Source: Verrucomicrobiota bacterium
GTDB lineage: Bacteria; Verrucomicrobiota; Verrucomicrobiia; Limisphaerales; JBBRPK01
Reading direction: 5' to 3'
DNA: 64,000 bases
Assembly: GCA_038228235.1 (NCBI GenBank)
Contig: JBBRPK010000008.1
Span: forward strand, 3,027-67,026
Of the stretch, positions 52,001 through 61,500 are shown one piece after another (within the stretch, counting starts at the first letter, position 1; each line of letters opens with the position of its first letter). The translations under genes were made by a program, and so were the position numbers. A model generated the notes under the pieces. That model saw only the letters and a program-made list of their open reading frames with translations, did no database searches and was not told the origin of the DNA.

Positions 52001-52513
52001 TCCCACATCCGGTGGAATAAACCTGTTGTCATCATCCTGCGCTTGAAAACTTGTCGCCGGAGAGGGCGAAAGAGCCGCCAATGGAGCCGCAGGCGATGGC
52101 GAAGCGGCGGCCTTCGGCCCAGCGCTTTTGGGGCTAGAAGGACTACCGCTGATAGCTTGGGGCGCCAGGCTTTGCGCGGCCTGAACGTTTTGCGTTTGGG
52201 CGATTAGATAGGCCCGAGGCATGGGAGCGCCTAAGGCCCTCACTGGCCGATTCGTCCAGGCGAGATTGTGCTGCCTCTCCAACAGAGACATGCCTTGCAT
52301 ATTGATAACCGCGCGGCCGGAGACCGCGCCACGCTGGCCTTCGACAGGCTGCGCCTGGGCGGCCAAAGAAGTCCAGAGCGCCAGCACTGCCAGCAGAAGG
52401 GGCCATCTGAAGCCCAACGCTCTGGTTGGTTTCATTTTATCCTCAAATGAAGGGCGGGAGGCGACGGCCTCGAAACTGGGTCGCCCAGGCCTTTCTTGAA
52501 TAATGCTCATCAT
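43061..52513 (-). CDS. Giant exported protein with a PPD...RWGDY head, Calx-beta and delta-60 repeats, about 3.1k aa (P3)
   Basis: Likely start ATG 52435 (GAGG upstream; MKPTRALGFRWPLLLAVLALW...AQA), head IPPDVGGAVGPNH...RWGDYSS, about 10 Calx-beta-like units, three delta-60 clusters; ends QRFYRVRQVVP. Confidence 0.9.
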   Translation of the reverse strand: MMSIIQERPGRPSFEAVASRPSFEDKMKPTRALGFRWPLLLAVLALWTSLAAQAQPVEGQRGAVSGRAVINMQGMSLLERQHNLAWTNRPVRALGAPMPRAYLIAQTQNVQAAQSLAPQAISGSPSSPKSAGPKAAASPSPAAPLAALSPSPATSFQAQDDDNRFIPPDVGGAVGPNHVMSVHNNNVRVQDRTGNILSTVTLDSFWLAVTGPGVFDPHVVYDPFNDRWIFSAASGSFTDQSSVLLGVSQSSDPLGNWNLYRVDADPGNLAWADYDTVGFNKDWIVVTVNMFAIGLLDQFIHPYFGANMYVFSKTNLYAKGDGAFTLFQDTSLKGFTMVPAVTYDNELSTMYLVQVDDLIGALLTPLFTGGLPTAVSRLQISAITGPVGSEVLDLAHAFTPLTNAWLPSDIFFNFTGSGPQLGNFFGIDVDDTRIQNVVYRNGSLWTTHTIFEPVDLFTSTVPYHSAVQWWQLSPEGDVQQHGRLEDPAGAAFYGYPSIAVNRCSDVMLGYNKFSPFQYASAYYSFRLGTDVTNTLQSEVLLKAGEGPYFKTFGTFDNRWGDYSSTVVDPVNDIDMWTLQEYAARPATNVFGTNFFTDTGRWATWWGRIDVVGANANQISFSASAYTVNEATPGFVTVTVGNTGGNPGSVDYSTSDGTALAGTDYEPAQGTLVFGAGQTSTNFSFRIYDNAVPNPNKTINLTLSNPLGGAILGCLSNAVVTIIDDETLNQPNIAGEFVFSTYLNYGIPYIVTENETIPSPFCGFTTASVVLPNRNALGAIITVVRTNGSTGKVLVDFSTEPSGSAIPSQDYYPTNGTLVFDDYQMSANFIVPVASSSLSFFSSFSGIIPPVWVRVVLSNPRPAPEEEAQNPGLLHPKLGNGSESGLVILPINFGFLASPTATMLSSWFNIERVNYRTDEYSTAGTNGGLKTLDIDITLFPNGGPGNIGVEVSSLGGNYVYNVAPYPLSNRNPDPSVKVTLNAGSDQAEAFELQNPAVPFSQNQVWPNSIFTDPALTTITNYSDYLPTRVNASFGQGQCRTTVTVVITNDNTVEFNEDFLISLIPPASPNFVGLNPFTTVTILYDDPPAGALDREWNPDNASHTFPAFNTLPGADGVVSAVAVQDDGKTVLGGDFGHINSQFYSHIGRMNVDGSVDTTFRAGSGADAFVSSIVIYPASSTNAGKILIAGGFTSYNGVPRNGIARLLPDGSLDPTFNPGNGANGSVRAMVLQADGGIVVAGDFTFFNDMARSGFARLNPDGSVDLLFDAGDGVDGIVFALALQPDGFGGEKILVAGDFLNLTGFFRGGIARLNGDGSADLTFDPGAGADGVVYTVAVQPDRGVLIAGDFTKLDAFPRARMARLSPDGALDLSFDPGTGPNGAVFSLTLQPDGKSLIGGPFTSYNDTRRIGLARLRGDGSLDTTFLDTAYNQFAGLVNDFSFQPPNFVNSIALQADGGVIIGGSFTTVGGNASTNAPTPNSHTVFTRADKRTRNNIARLLGGATPGPGNAIFDTSNYFVDENAGTAFIKVDRIDGRLGTLSAVFSPSNHLATAGLDYRSNNVPAVWPEAFYMTNLFSGFPTNFAPESVGLISPQYIQLPILNDHQQAGDKTVDLRFTKPGGSLTLGGEMIPLGGAYGGRSFATLTIADSDVNHGIFNFSALQYATNENAGQAIITVTRTNGSVGQVSVDYLTRDSSTSPIATAGVDYTPVRGKLTFLSGQTTRSFTVPIIDDTAVEFDENIGLVLTNATGGAKLPGGAPNSIATATLTIVDNDFPPGRINFSAPVYDTNSESDGFATITVTRSGGSVGLVSVQFQTSDGTAITPSDYASTSGVLSWNDGNSVPKTFRVPLVQDGIVEGPETVNLRLLAPRVGGVSNPGLLGARTNATLIIQDSDSYGAISFSQPFYQADENAGFITITIVRRGGIAGVGSVNFAATPNTAVPGLDFVATNGVVTFQPGEISKSIDLVIPDDTIADGNKTVDLSLSNPSNVSLGVPNRVTLTIIDNESFNEPAGTADVTFRDPLVDGPVYSISLQKTNSLTDGRLVIAGDFTTINHVVRNRLARLLGNGLLDPTFDPGSAANGSIRTTAVQSDGRLMIGGFFTQVANTNRNFIARLAVDGSLDASFNPGSGADNPVFALLLQPDDKILVGGAFSKFNSATHPGIVRLNTNGSVDLSFNAGSGANDVVYAIALQSDGKILIGGEFTQINGLPFNHLARLNPNGSVDPAFNNLGAGMDAGVKTILVQPDGKFVVGGSFTAVNGVSQNYLARLNQDGSLDTQFMQGLAGADNIVYSVAAQVDGKLIVAGDFAHFNGVTRGRLTRLLPDGTTDGTINFGAGADAFVSALVIQPDRKLVIGGGFTKYDEQTHNHIARIYGGSIAGQGSLSFTRGEFEVSESGTNAIINVRRLGGTTGLVGVDFATSDGTALNGQDYVAASGTLSFPTGETIQSFVVPIIDNSVTNDDRFLNLTLSGFTGGAAIGPQPIATLLIRNDESAIGFTSEAFSVNENDGSRNATITFRRSFATNNTVSASFSTILGGTAAPYLKYIPTNSTVIFRPGEVLKIATVRIINETNSEGNQTVFLVLSNAVSNPNTATFIDSPTATLTIVDDDFGPGAISFSAPAYSVLENASNAAITLLRNGGSLGIVSVRFATGGGTAIPGLDYTPRSGIITFAQGQTNQTILIPILDDHLVEGADSFRVTISNPTGGAVITGPSSVSVLIIDNEVGPGSLDSAFDPGAGPDNLVHSVATQPDGKIIIGGAFTNVNGLTRSFVARLATNGTVDLTFNPLAGPNGFVSSVGVNESGKVIVGGVFSSVNGLNRNHVAQFLPNGGLDPFFNQPNALNAAVFSVLPRSNEKVIVGGGFSLPIPGVTRLRADGSSDVTFFAGAGLNGAVHSLAAHANGKLIVGGEFTTVDEVSRSHVVLLQADGTLDDSFMPPDLNGTVFAVEVQLDGKVLIGGSFTNIGGLHRTNIARLNTDGSLDTNFAAKIGANASVYGLALQTDGKILLGGDFTRVNGTNRNHIARLNADGSLDTSFDPGTGANGTVYSIALACDGKIMIGGGFTLVSGAPRRGIARLNGDKPALRTRTWMGYQGGQFSLFSSSQAGCRYALEASTTLGNGAWIPLRTNMALGSSISFTDTNAPPFGQRFYRVRQVVP

Positions 52514-52579
52514 ATTTTTCTAATTTTTTCCGTGGCCTGCGATACCCTCAGGCCTTTCCGCAAAAACTTGCGGCCCTCA

Positions 52580-55500
52580 TCACAACTCGCGCGCCCGATA
52601 AAAGCGCTTGGCTCCTGGATTAGGCGCTGGATCGCTCAGGACCAACGTCGGACCGCTCGCGGTATTGGTGCGAATCGGAACCCAGTTAATCAAGTCCTGG
52701 CTGGCCTCGAGAACGTAAACCGAGCCATTTTGACTTCTGAGCGTCATTTGCACCGGGTTTCCCGGAGAAAGAGCTATCGAGAGGAAAGCTGGGTCCAGAT
52801 CATCTGATTTGATTCGCGCTACTCCGTTTCTGGTGAGGCCATTCACCAGATTGAAGGCGCCACCAATAAGAAGGTTGCTATCAGGCAGAACGATCACCGC
52901 AAAGACCGTGTTATTTGGTCCCGTGCCAGGATCGAAGGCAGTGTCAACCGACCCGTTCTGGCGCAACCGGACCAATCGGTTGCGGTTGACGTTATTGAAT
53001 GTGGTGAAACTCCCGCCCACGATGATTTTGCCACTGGGCAACACCGCCACCGCGAACACGGCGGCATTAGCCCCGCTACCCGGATCAAACGTGGCATCCA
53101 GGGACCCGTCTGCATTCAAGCGGGCGAGCCCCACACGGTTGGTGTTGCTGGTCGTATAAAAATCGCCCCCGATGACGATTTTGCCATCCGACTGCAAGGC
53201 CATGGCATACACCGAGCCATTGGTTAGCGCCGTCGTAACAAAATCCGAATCAACACTTCCATTCGCGTTCAATCGGGCCACGCGGGTGCAGGGGAATCCA
53301 TTCACCGACCCGAAGGCGCCCCCCAAGAGGATTTGTCCATTGGTTTGGATAAGGGCGCAATGGACTGGACCATCGAATCCGTTGCCCGGATTGAAGCTGA
53401 AATCGATGCTCCCCGCCGGTAACAACTCGGTGATGTCATGGGCCGGCACACTGAATCCACCCCCAGCCAGGACCCGGCCATCGGCCTGAAGGGCCACCAC
53501 ATTAACAGAGGCATTAAACCCAGCCACCTGATTGAATGATGGGTCCGGCGCTCCATTGGCCAGCAAGCGTCCCAAACGGTTGTAGCCTGTCCCATTGATA
53601 GTGGTAAATGCGCCTCCCAACACGGCTCTGCCATCCGGCAGCGAAGCCACCGAGGCCACCGAAGCATCCGCGCCTGTGCCAGGATCAAAAGTCAGATCGA
53701 GAGCACCGTTGGCATTTAAGCGGGCAACGTAATTGCGCGGCACATTATCGAAGCTGGTAAATCCGCCTCCTGCCAAAATCCGCCCGTCCCGCTGCAAGGC
53801 CAGAGACCTCACGAAATTATTCGCTCCCGCCCCTGTAGCAAAACCAGGCTCCACCCCTCCGGGACCAGGTTCATTGTCGATAATAACCAGGACCGAACTG
53901 GCCAGGCCAAGTTGAACGTCTCCGCTCGGATTGGAGAGCATGAGGTTCACCGTCTCCGGCCCTTCGGTAATCGAATCATCGATAATGGGGACTAACACCG
54001 TTTGATTAGACTGCCCATCAGCAAAGTTCACCACGTTGGTGATACCAAGATAATCGGCCCCGGCCATGGCCGTGCCATCCGTGGTTGAGAAGGTGACCGA
54101 CACGGCTCCTATAAGCGGCCCTTGTCGAGTGAGAGTGATGATGGCGTTCGAACCTCCCTCGTTGACAAAGTAATTGGTTGAGCTAAATCGAATCGATTTC
54201 TCATTGTCCACGATGGTCAACACGGCCGCCGAGATCCCGCTCAAATCAACCCCTCCTGGAGCATTGGTAAGGAATAAAAAGATCGTCTCGTTATCTTCAA
54301 TCAGCGTGTCATCGATAATCTTCACGTTGAAAGTCCTGGTGAGATCTCCACTGCCAAAGTTCAACACCCCATTCGTTGGGATATAATCGGCAAACGGAGT
54401 AGTCGTTCCATTGGTGGTGGAGAAGGAGATGCTGAAGGCCCGATTCGTGTTGCCCGAGCGCACCACGGTAATGGTGGCGGCGCCTGCTCCTTCGGAAACC
54501 GAATAGCTCGCGGCGCTAAAGCTCACACTCGTGAGATCCGACCGCTCGTCTCCATGTATCCGGGCGAGATGGTTCCGAGGCAGGCCCTCCACCTGGGTGA
54601 AATCTCCCCCGATCACTACCGCGCTATCGGGCTGCACTAAAATTGCTCGCACGGAATCATTGGCGCCGGCGCCCACGTTAAATATGTTATCCAGAAAACC
54701 ACTCGGGGTCAGGCGGGCAAAGCGATTGCGGCTCGCGCCATTGAAACTCGTAAAATCTCCGCCCAAAAGAATTTTCCCGCTGGAGTGCACCGCAACGGAG
54801 TTGACCGGAGCATCCGGGCCCGTGCCAGGGCTGAAATCCGGATCCAAGGCCCCGGTGGAAAGCAAGCGCGCCAAATAATTTGCATTGGTCCCATTGAATT
54901 GTGTGAACCTGCCGCCGATGACCACCCTGCCATCGGACTGGAGGGCTAATGAAGCCACGATCCCGTTGGGTCCTTTACCAGTGTTAAACGTCGCGTCCAG
55001 CGTCCCGTTCGTATTCAACCGCCCAATCGAGGGGCTGACTGACGCGCCGATACCGGTGAAGGCGCCTCCCAGCACAATCCTGCCATCGGCCTGGACGCCC
55101 AAGGTATAGACTGAGCCAGCAACCGCCGGAGAAAACGCCGCATCAAGAGAGCCGTCGGGGTTCAGTCGCGCCAGATGGCTGCGTGGCTGCGTAAAGTCCC
55201 CGCCAACCAGGATCTGGCCGTTTGCCTGAACGGCCAGGGCCCGGACTAAGCCGTTAGGCGCTGCCGCAGGGGCAAAACTCAGGTCAAGATTTCCATCGGC
55301 ATTGAGCCGCGCCAGATTCGCGCGGTTGGTACTGTCCACCCTGCTAAAGGAACCACCGACCAGTATCTTGGTGTCCGCTTGCATGGCCACGGCATCAACT
55401 GTGCCGTCGATGCCAGCCCCGGGATTGAAGCTTGGGTCCAGGTTGCCGTTGGGCTGAAGCCGGGCAATGCGATTGAAGCTGATTCCGTCCACCGTTGTGA

Positions 55501-58500
55501 AGTCGCCGCCAAAAACGATGCTTAGATCGGCTTGGAGCGCCAACGCCAAAACCCGGTCGTTCGGTCCGGTCCCCGGATTGAATTGGTGATCCACGTTGCC
55601 GGGCGTTTCGTCGTCGATGATGGTGACGACGGCATTGGACGGAGTTCCAAGAGTGGTCGAGCCCAGGAAAGCAATTGGAGGCGGAGGCCCCTTGGGATTG
55701 TTCAAAACGACACTGAATGTTTTGTTTCCTCCTCCCTGCGTGTTGTCAATGATCGGAACGAGAATCGTCTGAGAGGTATCCCCAATCTGGAGTTGCAAGT
55801 TGCCGCTGCCATTGGTCGCCAGGAGAAATTGGTCGCCTCGGAAAAACAGCGTGCCCGAGGCGGCTAGGAAATCAGGGCCGTTGGGTCCGGTGCCGATAGC
55901 CGTGCCATCCACGGTGTGGTAATCGACCGAGACCGGGTTGATGGTCCCGCCCACTCGTTGCACCACCAGCGTGACGAAACCTGCGTACTCCTCAACACTG
56001 TAGGTGGGGGAACTGAATTGCAGGGCGCATTCGTCATCCACAATGGTTAGCGTGGCCGAATTGCTGCCACCGAGGGGACTGCCCGCGATGGCATTTGTTA
56101 AGTGAAGGAGCACGGTTTCATTCCCTTCGAGGAGGGCGTCGTCGATGATCGGAATGAGGACGGTTTTGTTGGCGTCGCCAGGGAGGAAGATCAAATTGTT
56201 AGTCACCCCCCGGTAATCAAGGGCGTTGGTAGCGGAGCCGTCGGTGGTCCAGAACGTAACGGTATTGGTGGCGTTCGTGAGGCCAATCCGGTTAATGTTG
56301 ACGACGGCGTTAGCGCCATTTTCATTGACGCGAAAATTGTTGGTGGCAAAGACAAAGGCGGTGTCATCGTCCAGGATGAAAAGAGTGGCTGTCTTCTGAC
56401 CGCCGAGCGGCACTCCGCCGGTGGGATTCGTCAGAACCAGGCTGATCGTCCGCGTCGGCTGCACGAGGCTGTTGTTAATAATCTGGATTGAAAACGTCTG
56501 GAGAATCTCGCCGGGATTGAAAGTAAGCCTTCCATTGGTGGCGCTGTAATCAACGCCCTTGGTGGCAGTTCCGTCGTTCACCAGGTAATCAACCGTCACA
56601 AGTCGATTAGTGTCCCCGGAACGCTGCACGCCTATCAACGCAGTGCCATCGCCCTCGTTAACCTGGTAATTGGCCATGCTAAATTGGATCGTTCCATCGT
56701 TGTCCACAATAATGATTGTGTCCCGGCCATTTCCGATGCTGAAACCAGGCCCATCGAGCAGAGTCACAGTGACCGTCTCTGCCAGTTCCTCGGTAGGGTC
56801 GTCGTTTGGCACCACGGTGATGGTGGCGGCGTTGGTGCCGGCGGGAATGGTCACGGAGTTGCCGAAGGGAACATAGTCGCTGCCGCTGGCGGCCGTTCCG
56901 CTGACGCCGAAATTTACCGTGAGCGGCTTGCTCGTGCTGCCGCTGCGAGTGACGGTGAAGACGCCCGGGCGCGTCCCTTCCTCATACGCCAACGGCGTGG
57001 TTGCCTGGATGTCCACGACTGCGGCACCGATATCGATGATGGTAAAGGTATGGCTGCGATAATCTCCTACATAACAATTTGTGGGCGCTTCGGTGATGTT
57101 AGTCGAAATTATGGTCATGTTGGTGGTATAATTGGTAATATACCCCACATGAGTAAAAAGAGTGACGGTAAAGCTCTTGTTGCCCGTGATGGCGTCATCG
57201 TTGAGGAGCGGGATAGTGATGAATTGGACGCTGTTCTCGATTTGGTGGAACTGAGGAGGGGGATTCGGCTGTGTATAGTGAAAAAAGCTTAACGTGCCGG
57301 TCCCGGTGAAGCTGTAATTTACCCCTTGAATGGCGCTGCCACCCGTGACGACCTTGTAATCGATCAGCGCCGGCGATTTGGTATTGGTCGGATTCGCGCT
57401 GATTCTCACTGCCAACTGAGCAGCCCCGATGTCCTCGCGCCCACTCGAATGACTGAGAAGGAACCCAACTGCCGGCAGCTCCAAGGGATCGTCGTTACCG
57501 ATAACCACGATGGCCGAGCTTGGGCTCCCGACGGAGTATCCGGACCCGGGCGCAAGCTGCACGATAACCGTGTCGTCGAGGCTGATATCGCCGTATTCAT
57601 TAAAAGGGTCGCCGATGGGTAAAACAGGAATAGTGGCGCTAACCGAGCCAACCGGGATGGTCACGCTTCTACCCACGGAGGAATAGTCGGCCCCCTCGAT
57701 CGCAGAGCCGCCGACCTCAAAATTCACTAATAGACCAGTGTTAGTGGCGCCAGTCCGACTGACGGTGAACAGGGCCGGAGTCCCGGCTCCTTCAACCACC
57801 GTGGCGCCGCCGCTGATAGTAACGACTGGCAGTTGATCGAGAATGGTCACGGTCGCCTTGTTGTTCAGGCTGCTGATGTTATAAGTAGTGCTGGGGGAAA
57901 GCAGGAGCGTGACAGTGGAGGGAGCGGGATTGGCGCGGTTAATGGGCCTGATGCTAATGGTGGTAGTAATCTGGCCCGCTGGAATGATCGTGGAGCCACT
58001 CAAAACTTGATAATCGACTCCACTGACGGCGGTTCCCGTGACCAGATAATTCACCAGCAAATCCTGGGTGAGATCCCCTTCCCGCTCGAGGGTCACCGTC
58101 CCATTGCCGCCGGTTTTGACAGCCGAGGAATCGGTGGAGTAGATACTGATCAGTGGCAGATTATCATTGACGAGGATAATTTCAGTCCTGGCTCCGCCGA
58201 TGCTATAGAGGGGACTGGCTCCAATCGTAACATCCACCGTTTGATCTCCCTCCACGAACAAATCAAGGATGCCCACGATGGGCAAGTTGACCGCTCGCTG
58301 CCCAGCCGGGATTATGATCGAGCCGGATAGTTTCTGATAATCCACGCCATTGCTGGCTGTGCCGCTCAAGCTGTAGTTGACCACCAGGTTGGACTCCACC
58401 GAGCCGCCAAACCGGACAAACGTGACCGTAGCGCTGTCGTAAACGGTTTCAATCGAGTCGGTGTCGAGTGTAAAAACTGCGACCGTCGGCTTGTCCGGCG

Positions 58501-61500
58501 GATCATTATCAAAAATGGTCACGGCCGCTTCGGCGGTTGCGAGGACATAAGTCGGATAAGTCTGGAACCAGGTCAATTGGTTGCTTGGACCGGAAGGCAG
58601 GAGTTCCCAGCCAGGGATGCTCACCTGGTTGGTGATAGAAACAAAGAAGGTGTTAGTCACGACCACGTTGGTATTCATGGCATTGGTGCTGACGATATTG
58701 GTCAACATGGTGGAAATCCGAAAATCATTGGTTTGCAGGAGCAAGGTCACTTCCACTGTTTTCGGCCCAGTCCCGCTGCTGTCCTCGATGGCTACCACAT
58801 TGAGATTGGTGGAGGAGCTGCCCGCCCTTATGGTAAAGCTCCCGAAGTCGTTGGTCGCCACCACGGTATTCGTGATCACGACCGAGCCATTGGTCGTGAA
58901 AGTGATGTTGGTGGTAATGGATCCCAGAGGTTGATAGTCAATTCCCTGGACGGCTGTGCCACTCAGCGCGAAACGGACTGGCAAGTCCTGGTTGGTATCG
59001 CCTGCGCGAGTGATCTTGAATTTGCCGATGGGTCCCCCCTCAAAAGCATTGGCCTGGCGCTGGATGATGAGGCTGGTCAACGGAGTGGCGATGTGATCCA
59101 GGTTGAGCGCATCTGCCGAATCCAGCACGGTCGGATCGGCAAAAGTGCTCGGGTCGGTGCGATAGCCATAAATAAAAGCCCGATTGGTATAAGTGCCGGG
59201 AGGAATGTTGCCAATGGTATAATAGCCCTGACTGTCGGTGTAACTGTAGCGATAAGTGCCATTGGTCGGCGGCGGGGGGGGCTTGTAAGGATCAGGCGGA
59301 ACGTAGGGCGGGAGCGAACCGCAATTGTGGACGCGGGCGCCCTGGATGGGATTGCCATTGAGATCCGTAACTTGTCCGCTCATGGTGAAGGTAGTTGGGT
59401 TTCCCACCACCACCACCACGTAGGCGCTGGCCACTCCGCCCTTCATGTCGGACGCTTCGCAGCGGACGACATACTGTCCGTCGTTGAAGAAAGTCTTGAT
59501 GTTGACACGAGAATTCGTGCCAAAAGTTTGATCGCTAAAATCCCAGTAATACGCCAGCGCATCACCATTTGGATCGTCTGCCGTGGCCGTGAACGTCACG
59601 GTCGTGCCGTTGGTGACGGTTAATTCACTTGCGCTCAACGTCAGGACCGGAGGAACGTTGGTGGGAAATGGTCCAATTTGAACGACCACATCAATCCATT
59701 TTTCACCGGGTGTAGCGCCCCCCTTGGCTACGGGCGTCAGATACAGGGCCTCCGGTGGATCGGCATAAGTGCGCCCAACCACCACCGCGGCGTCATTTTT
59801 CCCCGCCGTAGTGCCGGGCGTTGTGTCCAGCAGTTGAACGCTGCCGGCCGTGCCCGGCCAGTTCTCCCAGGTCAATTCGATGCCACTGGAGAGCCACGGA
59901 TTGTTCGGAAAACCCTGACGATAGCTGGCCCAATAGGTCCGCTCAAAATCTTTCCTGATTCGCAACGCGTAGAGCCGTCCGGCAGTGATGCTGGGCGTAT
60001 CGAAGGCATAGACGCGGTTGGTTTCACTCTGGGTAATGACTCGGGTAAATTGGTCCGGAAGCCAATTGAGCAGGTATTTGGCAGCAGCGCTAAAATGGCC
60101 GCCTCCGCTGCCCATCACGTCATATATGTCGCCATACTCTTCATCCGGCGGGTTCTTGCCAGCAGGCGCGTCGCGGGTCGGGGCATTGATGTCGTCGTGC
60201 CCAACCAAACTGTCCTGATCAAAAGGATAGGGAGGGAGGGGTGGAGCGGGCTGGACAGGCAAAGGCCGGTTGCCCCGGGTGTCCCAAAAATTCGCATGGG
60301 CCAATCCAAAGTTATGCCCCAACTCGTGCGAGATGGCGCCGCCGCCCCCAACGACTAATCCATCGGAGCGCCCACCAAACGTAACACCAGCAATCGAGGT
60401 AAATAACACGTAACGGAAATCATAAAACGAGATGTCATATCCTAGCGACGTCGCCAAGGTTTCCGCGTCCCCCAGCAGCGCAAAATCCAGGAATTCCCCA
60501 TAATAAATCTTTTTCTCCGGCAGCCTCAAAAAAGGAGTGACGGTGGTGTCGAAAGAAGCGGTGTCGTAGGAACCCTCCACGAAAAACCGGTTGTTCGATT
60601 CACCCAACGCATAGATGGCATCGATCGATGAAGGCGGTCTGGGATCGTCCGCAAACAACACCGGCATAAGCAAAAGTCGTTTTCGACCCTGGGAGCGGCT
60701 TTGACCTGAGATAGGTAACGTGCTTCCAGAGGCAGCGCTCACCGCCGCCTGGACGGAATTCGCGGCGGAGCTGGCTTGCAGAGGCGAAGCCGCCGACAGC
60801 GGCGCACTCGCGGCACTCCTGGTCCGGCTGGTGGGCACGTGCGGAGCCAGCCTCGACTCAGCTTCGCTGAGTTGCTTATTTAAAGCCGCGGCCTCTGAAG
60901 GTCGGCAAAGATGAATGATTTTCCCTCCCAGTTCGGCCAGGGTTGGTTTGCTATCCAACGCGGGTTTTTCCCCGCAAACTCCGCAAGCCGGCTGGAGCTT
61001 GCTATGTTGCGCCGCCAGGACATCGGATGCCTCCTCTGGTTCGAGAAGGCGGAGCGGGTCGGCTGAGACGGCCAGGTATTTGTCAACGGCTACGCCGTGG
61101 ATAGAGATGCCGGACTGAGATCTCTGTTGCAGCCGGCGGCCATACACAAAGGCCTCATATTTCCGATGGTTGATGGCCACTCGGCGAAAGTCAGGAGGCA
61201 CCTCACTCTCACGGCCGGGCAGCGGCGTGCAGGAGATGAGGGAGAAATCGCCGCGACCGCTGACGCGCTCTTCGAGTAATTCCTTGATCGTGGCGGGCAA
61301 TCGCTTGCGCACTCCGTAGGACACGGCTAATTCAAGGGCGCGTTGGGGATCGCTTTGGATGACCTGGGCCAGCTCTTTCCTCCGGGCTTGAGCAAGATGC
61401 TCGCCCTCGCGCAGCAGATCGGCTCTGGCTGTTTCCGAAGGCGCGCCAAGATAATCGGCTGCCCAGGAATCAAAGGCCAGGAATGAATTGGTTGGTGTCG

